64,000 nt of DNA from Eledone cirrhosa (lineage: Eukaryota): assembly GCA_964016885.1 (NCBI GenBank), contig OZ024747.1, forward strand, positions 76,074,001-76,138,000, in the 5' to 3' direction. This document shows, in pieces, positions 1-14,495 of the stretch. The position numbers and the translations under genes were made by a program. Numbering within the stretch: position 1 is the first letter of the stretch; each line of letters starts with the position of its first letter. The notes under the pieces were generated by a model that worked only from the letters and a program-made list of their open reading frames with translations, ran no database searches and was not told where the DNA came from.

Positions 1-661
1 TATAAGAACATATTTAGCTTTAAATGAGAGTCCATTGAATATGACGGAAACTATATTCCCAGTTGGAATGTAATTTTCATTTACATGCCATAAATAATTT
101 ACCGTTTTGAACTGTTAGATGTATCCAACCTACCTTAAAATAGAATGTGTCATCAGTTGCCTATGTAAGTCAAATCCCGCTTGTATAGGGTATTATTAAT
201 GCTTATTAATACTTTGTATCTAAAAAGTATAGTATCCATCTGGAATAATAGTCTATTGCTATATTTCCTACAATTACTATAACTTAGCAGCGGTCCAAGG
301 TGGGAGATCCTGGGCAGTTGCTTCATTTGCCAACATTAGCAGCCAAATTACTATAAAATAACACACTAGCATCTTTTAAAAAAATTTGAAGAACATTTAT
401 ATCTTAGCCACTCACAGCATTTCAGCAACATGGATTACTGAACACACACACATTCGTAGTCTACGAAATATTTCGTTCCTTTCTTTCATATTCTTAACCT
501 CTATCTTTCTATTTCAATATTCTCCTGGTGAAGGACTATTCTCCGTGACATTAAGACACTTTCCTACTACCAATCGTTAAACTAATATATTTCTTCATCG
601 AGATGTATTGTTTGATTTATTGTTTCCGTTTACTTTTCATATATATATATATATATATATA

Positions 662-866
662 TTAGAAAGTGAGGTTTTTTTTACAAAATGAAAAATAACC
701 GAGGTGTCCTACACGAGTGAAAGTATAAAGAAAAAGAGATGAAATCGAAAATGCAACTGGAGTCTTTTTTTTTTTTAAATATATATATTTATTTGGTTCC
801 TTTACCGGTTTCACAGTTCTTCTGCTTTTCAAAAGGTGAGTTGAGATGGAGGGTCTGTGGTTTTTC

Positions 867-868
<2 letters not shown>
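662..868 (-). mobile_element. Non-autonomous PLE terminal-repeat fragment with hammerhead ribozyme, in (TA)n
   Basis: Flanked by (TA)n; contains the HHR at 799-836; homologous to 20935-21150 (shared gaggtgt..cacgagt block and HHR). Confidence 0.7.
799..836 (-). ncRNA. Minimal type I hammerhead ribozyme, U3-A8 core variant
   Basis: Minus strand: cctt-TTGAAAA-gcag aagaa ctgt-GAAA-CCGG-TA-aagg. Stem I cctt/aagg, stem II gcag/ctgt, palindromic stem III ACCGGT, GUA site. Confidence 0.75.
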
Positions 869-910
<42 letters not shown>

Positions 911-1199
911 TATAATAATATCTCTCTATATATATAGGGAGATAGATAGATATACATATACATACATACACACGTACACGCGCGTGCACACACACACACA
1001 CACATATATATATATAGATATAAATAAATATATTCATATATTTATGCGTGTGTTTAAGTGTCTGTGTGAGTCTAAGTGTGTACAATATGCGTGGTGTGTA
1101 ATATAAGATTCAAAAACATGTGTCGTTTTTGTTTATTAAGAAACCTTCTTACAGAGGTATTAAGTAGCAGCGACCGTTTCCTTCTTGAAGACGTTAGTA

Positions 1200-2340
1200 T
1201 ATACACACATACCCACGCACACACACATACCGACGCATACACACATACCCACACATCCACACACATACCGACGCATACACACATACCCACGCATACACAC
1301 ATACCCACGCATACACACATACCGACGCATACACACATACCCACGCACACACACATACCGACGCATACACACATACCCACACATCCACACACATACCGAC
1401 GCATACACACATACCCACGCATACACACATACCCACACATCCACACACATACCGACGCATACACACATACCCACGCACACACACATACCCACACATACAC
1501 ACACATCCACGCATACACACATACCCACACATACACACATACCCCCACATACACACACATCCACGCATACACACATACCCACGCACACACACATACCCCC
1601 ACATACACACACATCCACGCATACACACATACCCACGCACACACACATACCCACACATACACACACATCCACGCATACACACATACCCACGCACACACAC
1701 ATACCCCCACATACACACACATCCACGCATACACACATACCCACGCACACATACATACCCACACATACACACACATCCACGCATACACACATACCCACGC
1801 ACACACACATACCCACACATACACACACATCCACGCATACACACATACCCACACATACACACATACCCCCACATACACACACATCCACGCATACACACAT
1901 ACCCACGCACACACACATACCCACACATACACACACATCCACGCATACACACATACCCAGGCACACACACATACCCACACATACACACACATCCACGCAT
2001 ACACACATACCCAGGCACACACACATACCCACACATACACACACATCCACGCATACACACATACCCACGCACACACACATACCCACACATACACACACAT
2101 CCACGCATACACACATACCCACGCACACACACATACCCACACATACACACACATCCACGCATACACACATACCCACGCATACACACATACCCACACATAC
2201 ACACACATCCACGCATACACACATACCCACGCACACACACATACCCACACATACACACACATCCACGCATACACACATACCCACGCATACACACATACCC
2301 ACGCATACACACATACCAACGCATACACACATACAGACAT
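1200..2340. repeat. AC-rich 18-bp minisatellite with a 54-bp (3x18) higher-order unit
   Basis: Repeats of ccacgcatacacacatac / ccacgcacacacacatac / ccacacatacacacacat; explains the long ORFs in nearly all frames. Confidence 0.95.
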
Positions 2341-2559
2341 TCAAATGTACGTATATATGCATGAATGTATTTATGTATGTATGTATGTACGTATGTATGT
2401 AAGTATGCATGCATGTATGTATATATCTATGTATGTATGTATGTAGGTATGTATATAGGTATCTATGTATGTATGTATCTATGTACGTATTATGTATATA
2501 TAGATGTATGTATATATGTATGTATGTATGTATATATGTATGTGTGTCTGTATTCCAGT

Positions 2560-3125
2560 ACAACCTGTCCCATGGTCGGGTCGTTGGCGACTAAACTGGC
2601 AACCCCACCAAGGTTTCTTGGTGAGGAGGGTGACTTTGGACATCCTGCAGGACTAAAAACAAAACCTGTCAAAGGGCAAAGGAGCTCTTAAGAGTCAATG
2701 GCCATCCAAAATCACCGGGAGAGATGACCCTTAGCCTTTGTCAAGGCAGAATTCTAGGAGAAGGAAAACTCAGATATAACACCTGCAACCCTGATGGTAT
2801 CCAATGATGTTGACTTGTTCTTCTTTTTGGTAAATATCATCTTGGTTAAGAGAGTGGGACTGGCTTTGTGCAGTGCCTTTGCTCACTATAAAAGCTTCAC
2901 GGCACAGGCATTGCTTTATATCTGGAGATCTCTGCACTTGTCATCACATGGTACCATGGGCCCAGCACTATGTGTCAATAATTGTCACAAGTGTAGTGTT
3001 TGTACCAGAGTTTTCAAGTCGCTGGCTGGACTAAAAAGTCTCACTCGTTCAGCGCATCGGTAGTGGTTCTCCTACATGGATATAAAGTAGTGGCCGTACT
3101 CGAAAACGAGTTGGCAGCCACCATG
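2560..3125 (+). mobile_element. Internally deleted RTE-like non-LTR retrotransposon
   Basis: 5' part resembles an RTE-type UTR (ctaggagaaggaaaactc). 3' part encodes a C2H2-like remnant (HKCSVCTRVFKSLAGLKS) followed by a (TATG)n tail. Confidence 0.6.
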
Positions 3126-3721
3126 TGTGTATGTATATATGAATGTATGTATATATGTATGTATGTATGTAAGTATATATATATGTATGTATCTATGTAT
3201 GTAATGCGTATATAGAACAATACAAACAATCTAACATTAATAACAAAGATTTTTATTTCTTACTTTTTCTCTGACTAAACAAACTCTGTAAACCTGGGCG
3301 TCACCTCATCCTTATAGGTGTGGCTTTTACTTAGACATTCACATCAGTTCCTTACAAAAATAATGAGAATGAAACAAACACACACTCACACACACACACG
3401 TATATATATAGGTGTGTGTGTGTGCGCGCGCGCGTGCGTGTGTGTGTGTTTATATATATATATACGTATATATTAAATATAGATACATATATTTGTGTGT
3501 GTGTGTGTATATATACATATATATAAATTTTAGAAATGCGGTAGAAATATGTAGAGGCCAAAGGATGACAAATGAAATTTATTTTTTTAGTATATTTCAA
3601 CATGATATCTCGGGGTTAAACCCCTCTTTTCAAAGCAAATGAGCACGTGACGTGTTCTTCGTTAACTGTTTTTATTTTGTATCTGCCTGGACCTAAATAA
3701 ATTATTATTATTATTATTATC

Positions 3722-3849
3722 ATTTTTATATTTTCATTGTTAAATTAGTCTTGCCATTGTTCACTTTTACTCGACCTTATTGTAAACCCCCACTGTCCCT
3801 GTCTTTGTATTGTCCCCTACATGTCGGCCCTTGTGGCTAATAAATGAAA

Positions 3850-3911
<62 letters not shown>

Positions 3912-3912
3912 G
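3722..3912 (+). mobile_element. 3' end of an L1/Tx1-type LINE with (ATT)n tail
   Basis: gtaaacccccactgt...tgtcccct...gcccttgtggctaataaatgaaat matches the 3' UTR of the LINE at 10823-10890 (minus). Confidence 0.75.
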
Positions 3913-4104
3913 TTGCATTTATCTTGCTTTATGTTCATACGAGTTATCACCAAGTCACAACCAGTGACCTCAAGAGACAACAAGGTCCGCCATGTTCAAG
4001 AAAGAACATACAAACACACACATGCATCTTTCGGTGTTTAGACTTGTGATGTACTTATATTGACAGAATCTTATTATTATTATTATTATTATTATTATTG
4101 AATG

Positions 4105-5413
4105 CCATGGTTGACGGAGGCTCGGCTCTGTAAGGTATAGTAATTTTTAACCGCTGTACCAATTATAAATGGTTTAAAAGTTGAACCAAATTGTAGATAA
4201 AAACATGCTCCTCCTCGTGAGAGGGGTCTTTCTGCCCGTTATTTGGCCCTTCGGGGTTAAATAACCGCTTATTGGGGTTTTGTGCTCAATATTCATTTTA
4301 AACCCCCAAAAAACATGACTACAAAAAAGAATTTTCACAAGTCACTCCCACTCATTCCATCTTCTTCTTCTTCAATCGTCAAATTAGAGAGAAGATTGTC
4401 TCTCTCCCTCCCTTCTCTAAATGTGGTGTCGCCTCTTTCGCAAGCGACGCCATTAAAGAAAAAGAAAAATATAGTTTCTGGTAGATTTCACCAAGAGAAC
4501 GTGCATTCAGTGGAACATTTCTCCACGACGACGACAACGACGAAAAATGTGTGCAGTAAATACGGAAAGCCATTTCATTCGTCTGACGTCATGAACAATA
4601 GCAGCAGCAGCCGTAATAACAGCAGCAGCAGCAGCAACAGTGGCAAGGAAAACACTAGTATCAGCCGCAACAACATCAGCAGCAGCATAAACAACAACAG
4701 CAGCAGCAGCAGCAACAGCAACAACAACAGCAGCACCAGCAACAACAACAACAACCACAGCAACAGCCGCGGCGGCGGTCGTAGTACCAGCAGCAACAAC
4801 AAAAGTAATAGTAACTCTGACGACAACAACAACAAAAACAAGAAAGAAAAAAACAATCTCGTTTGCAGGTATCGCAAAGAACCTGGAAACCATCATTATA
4901 ACAAATGAGGAATTACAGGAAGCAAAGAAGATGGTGACGAAAACCGGACACCGAGAAATCTGCAAGGTAGCCGAAAAATGTTTCGAAACCCAACAGTACT
5001 GTACGGTCACGTACCGTACAGTAAGCACACAATCACGTAGGGTTGAAAAGCCTTAGGGTCTGTGTGGCAGCGGAAAACGCATATCACCCGAGGCAAGAAA
5101 TATGCCACCGTGGACGTGCTTTTTGCCACACCCCAGGAGGCAAAGTGACCCTAAGGAGCGAGGAAATGGTGTTGGTGCCCTCTGACTGCGGGCAAAAATT
5201 GTGAGGGTCATACTGACCCACGTCCCCCCCTGGGATGGCCCCTTCTTGGCTGGCCGCGTCTGTCCTTGTCGGAATCGAGGACAAAAAAAATGTACTGCAA
5301 GTACAGAAAAAAGTATTGTCCTGTACTGTCCTTAATGTCTACTTTATGTAAACCCTTGTGGTTAATAAAGAAAGCATTATTATTAATATTATTATTATTA
5401 TTATTATTATTAT
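4105..5413 (+). mobile_element. Internally deleted Tx1-like LINE derivative (5' UTR, ORF1 remnant, 3' tail)
   Basis: Flanked by (ATT)n; ends in cccttgtggttaataaagaaa like the other Tx1 tails; the 5' region shares tcggctc and a cccct..gggg hairpin with the full LINE; internal (CAG/CAA)n tract. Confidence 0.55.
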
Positions 5414-5444
5414 TTAACGCCATGGTTCAGTGAAGAACAAACCG

Positions 5445-5686
<242 letters not shown>

Positions 5687-6759
5687 CACATACGCACACA
5701 CACACATATATATAAATATATATATGTATGTATGTATCTATCTATGTATCTATGTCGGTGTGTGTGTATATGCACACGTTTTCATTTTAGTATTAATCAT
5801 TAGCTGCTGTAAATTGACTGATATTTTAATGGCTTCTGATAGAAAATACAAGCAGGTAAACGGCTATATTAATTTAAATTTGACGACCTAACCTAACATA
5901 TATAAGCATTAACAGTGGAAACGCAGAGGAAATAGCTTGTAAGTATGAAATCCGAGAAGTATAGTATCTGTTAATACTCATGCGTCTTTACTTTAATGTA
6001 CACCCATTTAAGCTGTTTGCTTCATCTCAACACATTCATTATTAATACTAGTAATAACATTTCGCTAGAAAAAATGCAATGATGCTCTACTGAATATGAT
6101 GAGTTATGATTGGTATTTTATTCGTTCGATTAAAATTCGATTTCTCTATGGCACTATTTTCATTAGTATTTTAACCAAAATATTTTTTTTTAAATTGACT
6201 TTTACAACCATTTCTAGAATTATAGCCTCATTATTGCTTGAATATATACGAACTTGCTAGCATTTATAATCGATTAAGATGTGTTACATTATTAATGTTT
6301 TATTTCCCTTATATGGACTGCAGTAATTCTGTCGGTTTTTCAGGACGTAATTAGTTTGTTTCGCACTAAATAAATTGCCGTAAATGTTTTAAAATATTTT
6401 TATCACATTCTACCATCTCTCTCGCACCCAACTCATTCGGAAAAGCTCTGCATTGAAAATTATGGCAGAAACGATTACTATTTATTGATAATTTTAAAGA
6501 TTATTAGAAAACATCTGTAATCTATATTCAAATCAAAGTGTACAATATTAGCTTAAAACACCTCATATTTCCAGACTACCTTATAACATGTAGTATTTAT
6601 GGTTACACCCAATTTAAAGTTGGCCTTCCGTGTGAAAATTAAGACGTGTTAGTAACATCTCTATATATTTATTTATACTAACTCTTTGTGAAGCATCGCA
6701 TCCCTTTATGCTTTAAATAGACCGGAAAACACTAGACCAGCTTAAATCGCAAATATTTC

Positions 6760-7010
6760 TTCTTCTTCTTCTTCTTCTTTATTATTCCCGAGAGCTTCAT
6801 AGGGCAGAACCCTCAGACACGCCTTCCCGCAGGTCCTATCCAAACCAACCATCTCCAAAAGATCCGGCTGGTTCCCCAACCAAGACTAGCCGACGTTATG
6901 CATGTTATGCTACTATTTTGCTCATAGAAAACCCCTGGTCTCCCTTCCCATAAAATCTCTCCTGGAATTCTTTCCTTTGCCATTCTGACCACAAGGAATC
7001 GAGAAATTAT
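6760..7010 (-). mobile_element. RTE-clade LINE 3' fragment with (GAA)n tail
   Basis: Minus translation RMAKERIPGEILWEGRPG...WRWLV resembles an RTE C-terminus; adjoining (TTC)n tract. Confidence 0.55.
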
Positions 7011-8725
7011 GATCGTACGTCTCAAGCTTTCTAACCATATTTCCTGATGGATTCTCGAGTGATAGAAGCTTTTGCCATAGATGTAGAATTTCAGCAGGGA
7101 ATAAATTCTAGAGTGATTCATTAAATAGGATTTTTGGACTTTTTATTTCGCTGTGCTGCATGTGATTGAAAAAAACTAACATAAACAGGGACGAAGCAAA
7201 TATACGAGCATATTTTAGGGGAAATATTCAGCTCAGAGAAGCAAAGAGTGTTTTTATAGGAATATAAGTAATACAAAGACCAGTTAGATCAACCATGAGC
7301 AAACATTTCTAGAATGTTTGTCACTGAAGATTTCTCTATGAGACATACGTGCTTTGACTGATATAATATGGACTTTTTATTCGTGTGCTAGTAGCATCAA
7401 CACATATAGATGGGAACCACTCGTGTGTTGCTGATTTGAAAAGAGCTAAAGAGAATGAGAGAGAGAGTGAAATACAGAGTAAAAATATATGCCTATCGAT
7501 AAATACTAATATACGCGCACACAGGCACTCAAGTATCAATATCAAAGTCAATGTAATATAAAATGTTATAAACTCGTGAAATACAGTTCTAATATTAACG
7601 ATGTGTCAGATCAGTGATTACTTAATCAGAAGTATAATTTAAGTACGATGATTCTTCTACAGAATATATTTATGTAGGCATAAGATACATTTTCCATGTT
7701 ATCTTGATTACCTCTTAAATGTTCTTTGAAAATCTTCCGTTAACATTACGACGTATTAGTATTATGTCTCTGAGGTCAACTTTACCTTTCGTCCATTGAA
7801 GGTCGATAACAAAAGTACCAGTCAGGTAATGGGGTTAATTCTACTTCTGTATATCTTTCTCAATTATTCTCTTTCACCCTCTGTCCTTCCCTGGAAGAAA
7901 TCTGTTATTTTCAAACCTGGACAGTAGATGGGCCCCGCCAAAATGCCCTAGAAACCTCGTATGTCAATACGGTGCCCCTACAACTCCCTCGGGTGTCACG
8001 GGACTACACATTCATACAATACTATGTCTATATAGACGTATTAGTTTATATGAAATCTTTGTGCAACCTCACATTACTTAATGTATTAAATGTAACATTC
8101 TTCTTCTTCTTCTTCTTCTTCTTCTTCTTCTTCTTCTTCTTCTTCTTCTTCTTCTTCTTCTTCTTCTTCTTTATTCAAAAGTTTCATTAAACTTTGCTAT
8201 AATAGTAACTCATGTTTATTGTTATAGATGATCTCTATAATTTGAGGAAAACCAACTGTAATTACTGGTGTAACAGTTCTTAGTGATTATCGAAGGTAAT
8301 AAATTATAATCGTTACAAACTTCGCACCAATTTTCATTTATCATATTGATTTATCTTCATTAAACACGCGGCTAAATTATGAGTGAGAAAGAATACTCGA
8401 ACAAGCTTGGTATCACAAGAGCGATAACTGAATTTAAACATTATTGGTAAACGTCTAAAAATGCTACCATCCGTGCTTTTAAACGGTCCTATATGAACTT
8501 CATTAGAAAATATCTAAATCAATCGAGATGGAATGACAAATTAGACAATGTACTTTGTACCGACACATACGTAGATACTAAATTATAATTTTCTGCTTTG
8601 TGATTCTAAAGTAGAACTATTTTTCCCTCTGCATTATTTCGACTCATTTACCCGCGGAGAATATTTACCATACGTTGGGAGAGTTCTAGCTAGTAGAGGT
8701 TAATTGTCATTGAGTTATCACCATG

Positions 8726-9024
8726 AAACCATGGTTAGCGATGGACTTAGCTAAACCAAGGTTAACGATGGACTTAGCTAAACCAAGGTTAAGGATGTAC
8801 TTAGCTAAACCATGGTTAAGGATGTACTTAGCTAAACCATGGTTAACGATGGACTTAGTTAAACCATGGTTAACGATGGACTTAGCTAAACCACGGTTAA
8901 CGATGGACTTAGCTAAACCATGGTTAAGGATGTACTTAGCTAAACCATGGTTAACGATGGACTTAGCTAAACCACGGTTAACGATGGACTTAGCTAAACT
9001 ATGGTTAATGATGTACTTAGCTAA
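8726..9024. repeat. 27-bp minisatellite, about 11 copies
   Basis: Unit aaaccatggttaacgatggacttagct with internal palindrome aaccatggtt; gives the KPWLTMDLA repeat ORF. Confidence 0.95.
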
Positions 9025-9309
9025 CAAATATCAAACGATTTTCCTTAACCCTTTAGTGTTCAAACCGGCCAAAACAGACCAGAATTCTCTACCACTTTCT
9101 GTTGAAACTGACTGTAACTGGCCACTCATACTGATGTTAAGGTATTGTTCCCTAAATAAATACTTTCAAAATCTCATAGATTCGATATTATGTGAGATAA
9201 TTATGCGAGGTAAAGCATTTACTATGAAAATATAATAGTATATATAAAATAATGTGAATGCTTTTTGTAATGTACAGCTATATTACTAACATTTAGTCGT
9301 CGTCTTTGT

Positions 9310-9412
9310 TTCTACTTTTGGCACAAGGCCAGCAATTAACCATGTATTACTGGTACTTTATTTTATCGAACCCGTAAGGATGTAAGGCAAAGTTAACCTT
9401 GGTGGGAATTTA
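9310..9412 (-). mobile_element. tRNA-derived SINE fragment
   Basis: ggcacaaggccagcaatt...ggtactttattttatcga..cccgtaaggatg.aaggcaaagtt, shared with copies at ~7772, 19340, 24855, 30833, 55070 and 55400. Confidence 0.8.
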
Positions 9413-10199
9413 TGGTAGTAGTTGTTGTTGTAGTTATTGTTGTTGTTTAGCCCTGGTCATCCCCGACGAAGCAAAAATAGAATTTATCAACAATATTTAG
9501 ACTCCGCTGGAATATGAATCTATAAATCATAAAAATGAAAATAAACATTATAAGTTAGACACTTAGTGTGGCTCTCTCTCAGTTCTAAAGATCTTCCTCC
9601 CTATTATAATATATCATATCAAGGTCTGCCCACTCCCTTCCGAAAAAGAGTCTGTTATGACAAAATGCTATAGAAAATGTTTCAATGCTTATCTTCATTA
9701 TTTTTTCCTGTCTCACTTGGATAACATTTTAGTAACATTTTATCTTAGATAAACAATTACATAGAAGAATATTATGATAAAATTGTTGGCTTGCTTTGTT
9801 TTTCTTTTAAATTCTGTTTTGTTTTTCGGTTTCTTTGTTCAGTTTATGTTTTTATATTTTTGTATATTTTACTGCAAATATCTTGCAGATAACGCGCTTT
9901 TGTGTGGATACAACCACGTATACAGCATTTTACACACAAACACACTCACACACACACATACATACATATGTAAGTACTTACCCACCCCCATATATATATA
10001 TTATATATATATATATATATATGTGTGTGCGTAAATATATATATGTATATATGTATATATATGTATATATAAATATATACATATAACACGCACATATTCA
10101 TACATTTTATAAAATATGTTTTATATATATACATATATACACATACTCCCCATATATATGTATATATATACATATATATATATGTGTGTGTATGTGTGT

Positions 10200-10268
<69 letters not shown>

Positions 10269-10288
10269 CGCGTGTGTGTGTGTGTATA

Positions 10289-10801
<513 letters not shown>

Positions 10802-11055
10802 TAGATAGATAGATAGATAGATAAATTTCTATTTATTTGCCACGAGGGCACAAAAGAAGGGGACATTTACACAGTGGGGGAGTTTACATAAATCGAGTAA
10901 AGAAAAAAGGAATAACAATAATAATATAACAATAAAAAGTCCTCAAAAGGGAGGGGGCGTGTTGGGGATTGCACATACCCCCGAAAAGTGTGCAACTCTT
11001 TTCGCGGGGGAAGCCCAGAGAGGAGGCGCTCCCCCTTTCCTCTTCACTTCTTCAC

Positions 11056-14000
11056 CTACAGAACAATGTAGAGAGAAGGCCCATTTACACGGGCCATTCT
11101 CGCTTCTTTCACCCACCTTTCATAAAACTGTCTGGGACCAAGCACTTCTCTCTCCATCCTGATTCTTCTTCCGAAGTGGTATCGGAAGAAGTAAACCAGG
11201 TGATGGCCGGAGAGAAAGTCACCCGACCTCAGACCTTTCAGGCGCGTCCACCACACAACCTCTTTCATCATGGCTATTACGCACAGAAAGACCGCCTCTG
11301 CTTCATTTCTGAAGGGAGGAGGCGGCTTGATGTTCACCACAGACTCGGCGGTTAATCGAATCGGCGCCACACGCGACAGCAGTCGTTCGACGTAGCCCCA
11401 CAGATCGGCAACGCCCGGGCAGTGTACCAGTGCATGCGCAACGGTTTCCTCGTCGCGCACGCATCTGGGACAGATCTTTTTCGCGGGATCCCTGCCCGGG
11501 CGCCCGTGTCTGTAGAGCTTTTCTCGAACGGGCAGAGCCCCCCGGTAACACTGCCAGGCTAGGGACCTCTGGAAGTTGTCCATGGGTCCCGGGCCGAAAG
11601 TTCTACCGAACAGGCTGGCCAGTTCGTCCTCCTCCATGCCTAGCGACTCTCCAAGGGTGTCGTCGCCCCTGCTAGCCACCAACCCTCTATAGAATGTCGA
11701 GGTGGATTCTCCACTGACAGTCGGGTCCGCTTGCCAGATAGCCGTGAGCGCCTGGGCACACTCGGTGTGCCAGTTGCCCAGTTTTCTCGGTCTTTGCTTC
11801 ACCCAGGATTGCAGTTCGGTGAGCGAGACGAGCTGTGGGAAGGCTCGCCTCACAAACGGAGCCCACACCGGCTGACCGTTGAGGAATACCTGTAGATGCC
11901 ATAGCCTCAATGCGTGCCTACGCATCAACAACCACGGCATACCCAGCCCTCCTTTCGAAGGGTGCTGGCAGCAGATGGATCTCCTCACCATGGGAGGCCG
12001 CTTCTTCCAGAGGAACTGGAAGAGCATGCGTTCCATGATGGTGAGCTTTTCCTTGGGGCAAGGCACGACGGTCAGGCGGTAGTAGATGACGGACGCTATG
12101 TAAGCGTTCGTCACCTCCGCCCGACCTTTCAGTGATAGTTTGCACTTGGCCCACTTCTGGGTCAGCGCAAACACCCTGCTCGTCACCTCGCCCCAATTCT
12201 TCTCCACCTGGAGGTCCGGTCCGAACCAGACCCCGAGCAGCTTCACCGGGCCCTCCGTCCACCGCCCGACGACACCGTCTAACGGCATCGGTTTGCCCCT
12301 CCACGTTCCGAGTTGCAAACCGACTGACTTGTCCTGGTTCAGCTTAGCCCCCGTCAGCCTTTCGTATTCCTCCAGTAGGGTGGCGATCGCCCCGATTTCC
12401 GAGGCGTCCGCCACCATTACTGTTACGTCGTCGGCATAGGCCGAGACCGCTTTGTGCAATCCCGGTTCCAGGGGTATGCCCCGCAGCAACTCCAACTTCC
12501 GCAGCAGTGGCTCGAGAGTCAATACGTACAGAAGGGAGGAGAGGGGGCACCCCTGTCTGATGGATCGGGTGATTTGAAACGGCTCCGAGAGGTAGCCGTT
12601 TACTTTAATCCTAGAGTAGATGTTGCCACTGTGCATGGCAGAAATCCAGCCCCTGAAAACGGGTCCGAAGCCCGCCGCCGCTAGCACCGCATCCAGGTAA
12701 CCATGGTCGACCCTATCGAACGCCTTAGATTGATCCAAGTTGATCAGGGCCCCACCAAAGCCGGGTTCGTAGCCAACCCTCTCTATGATGTATCGCATGA
12801 GGTGGAGGTTGTCGTGAATGGACCTGGACGGGATAGCGCATGTCTGCGCGTCTCCCACCAAACCACCCACCACAAGCGCCAACCTCTTCGCCAACACCTT
12901 GGCCAAAATCTGTAACTCTGCATTCAGCAGAGTTATGGGCCTAAAGTTACTTAAGTCGTCCCCCTTGCTCTCGTCCTTCCTCACTAGCGTGACCACGCCC
13001 TTGGTCACAGAACAGGGAATTCTCCCGTTCTGTTGCCAGTTGCAATAGACAGCCTCGAGGAGTTCGGAGAACAAGACCGGCATAGCTAAATAAAGTTCGT
13101 ATGGTAGACCATCGAGACCCGGGGATTTGCGTCTGCTGCATTGGCTGAGCGCTTCCCCGATTTCAGTGGCTGTGATTGGCCTTTCGCAGCACTCCGCTTC
13201 GCCGCTCGAAAGACGCGGTAGACCGTCGAGGTATGGACCGAAGTCCACATCCCCGTCCGGCCCCCCGCCACCTCCGAACAGTCGAGCAAAGTGCCTTTGA
13301 AAGGTCTCGCACATTCGCTCAGGTTCAAGGGTCACCCGTCCATCCTGGTCTCGCAAAGACCGAATGGTGGATTTAATCCCACTCTTGGCTTCTGTCACGC
13401 GGGCCCAGCTAACAGCTTTGGTCCCCTCGTTTCCTAAAGCACGTATTTTACTTCGGACAACGCAGCCTTCGTGCTTCGCGTCAAAGAACTGGCTCAATGC
13501 CGTTCTCGTCGCTAACACTCTGGCTACGTCTCCGCTCCTAATCGCCTCTTCTAGTTTATCTGTTAACTCCCTTTCCCTCCTATTTCTATTCGCCGCTAGT
13601 TCCTTACTGTAACCTATCGAACTTACTCTAATCTCTCTCTTTAGAGATATCCACCACCTACTGTTGACGATCGCTCCCGTCAACCGCATCTTAACTAAGC
13701 TACTAATCCGGTTTCTGTAATCTTTCTTTGTCGGTAAGGACAAGTTCATCTTCCAGTAACCGGGACCCTGTCTATGCGTTCTATCAAGGTTGACCACGCA
13801 GGTCACTAATTTGTGATCTGAATAGCCAACCATGATCAGTTCTGGACAACTAAATACGTCCCTATCCTTACTCCTAACCAAAAACCTATCTAGGTACGAT
13901 CTAGATTGTCCACTGCGGTTTGCCCAGGTCCAGGTTGGCGCAGTTGGACAATCTAGTCGAAATCTATCGACCAGGTCGAATCGATCGAGTAACCCCTTGA

Positions 14001-14490
14001 GGCTGCTACACCCCCCTCTATCGGGACATGCCCCTGCATAGTCCCAACGCGCATCTAGGATTCCATTCCAGTCCCCCACTAAAAGCAGGGAACGCGACGT
14101 TCCTAGAAAAGTCTCCAGACGCTGGAAGAAGTCGGCTCTTTCCGCCCCGAAGGGAGCATAAAGACCGACCAGTCTGAAAGCCCCGCCTTCACCGCCTCCG
14201 ACGTCCAGCACCAGTAATCGACCCCCCGGGTCCGAGTGAACAATCTGTACGTCGAGAGTCAGACGTTTATCCAGCAGTACGGCAACTCCCCCCCCCCCCC
14301 CGCCTCCGGGTTGACAGAGAGATGCGTGCATCTCAAAGTCATCGAAGGCGGGCGCCAGCTGTCTCACGCTGCTGATCCGACTCTCGCTAACAACCATCAC
14401 ATCTATACTTTGTGACCTGAGGTCACTTAGAAGCTTTGCTTGCTTCCAAGCTGAGCCCAGGCCACGCGCGTTCAAACAGCCAACTCTCAA
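11056..14490 (-). CDS. Tx1/L1 ORF2p: APE endonuclease, reverse transcriptase, C-terminal CCHC finger (1144 aa)
   Basis: LNARGL, GDWN, SYLDRF and SDH endonuclease motifs; KSPGLDG, FRPITLLN, LDQSKAFDRV, RQGCPLS and YADD RT motifs; CPRC..ETVAHALVHC. Frame is open; it begins at TTG 5 nt after the ORF1 stop. Confidence 0.95.
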   Translation of the reverse strand: MRVGCLNARGLGSAWKQAKLLSDLRSQSIDVMVVSESRISSVRQLAPAFDDFEMHASLCQPGGGGGGGVAVLLDKRLTLDVQIVHSDPGGRLLVLDVGGGEGGAFRLVGLYAPFGAERADFFQRLETFLGTSRSLLLVGDWNGILDARWDYAGACPDRGGCSSLKGLLDRFDLVDRFRLDCPTAPTWTWANRSGQSRSYLDRFLVRSKDRDVFSCPELIMVGYSDHKLVTCVVNLDRTHRQGPGYWKMNLSLPTKKDYRNRISSLVKMRLTGAIVNSRWWISLKREIRVSSIGYSKELAANRNRRERELTDKLEEAIRSGDVARVLATRTALSQFFDAKHEGCVVRSKIRALGNEGTKAVSWARVTEAKSGIKSTIRSLRDQDGRVTLEPERMCETFQRHFARLFGGGGGPDGDVDFGPYLDGLPRLSSGEAECCERPITATEIGEALSQCSRRKSPGLDGLPYELYLAMPVLFSELLEAVYCNWQQNGRIPCSVTKGVVTLVRKDESKGDDLSNFRPITLLNAELQILAKVLAKRLALVVGGLVGDAQTCAIPSRSIHDNLHLMRYIIERVGYEPGFGGALINLDQSKAFDRVDHGYLDAVLAAAGFGPVFRGWISAMHSGNIYSRIKVNGYLSEPFQITRSIRQGCPLSSLLYVLTLEPLLRKLELLRGIPLEPGLHKAVSAYADDVTVMVADASEIGAIATLLEEYERLTGAKLNQDKSVGLQLGTWRGKPMPLDGVVGRWTEGPVKLLGVWFGPDLQVEKNWGEVTSRVFALTQKWAKCKLSLKGRAEVTNAYIASVIYYRLTVVPCPKEKLTIMERMLFQFLWKKRPPMVRRSICCQHPSKGGLGMPWLLMRRHALRLWHLQVFLNGQPVWAPFVRRAFPQLVSLTELQSWVKQRPRKLGNWHTECAQALTAIWQADPTVSGESTSTFYRGLVASRGDDTLGESLGMEEDELASLFGRTFGPGPMDNFQRSLAWQCYRGALPVREKLYRHGRPGRDPAKKICPRCVRDEETVAHALVHCPGVADLWGYVERLLSRVAPIRLTAESVVNIKPPPPFRNEAEAVFLCVIAMMKEVVWWTRLKGLRSGDFLSGHHLVYFFRYHFGRRIRMEREVLGPRQFYERWVKEARMARVNGPSLYIVL

Positions 14491-14495
14491 TTGAT

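Noticed and set aside
1072-2563. 400-470-aa ORFs in five frames
   Set aside because: Translations of an 18-bp minisatellite.
4282-4908. 208-aa Ser/Asn-rich host protein
   Set aside because: Built on (CAG/CAA)n inside a deleted LINE derivative.
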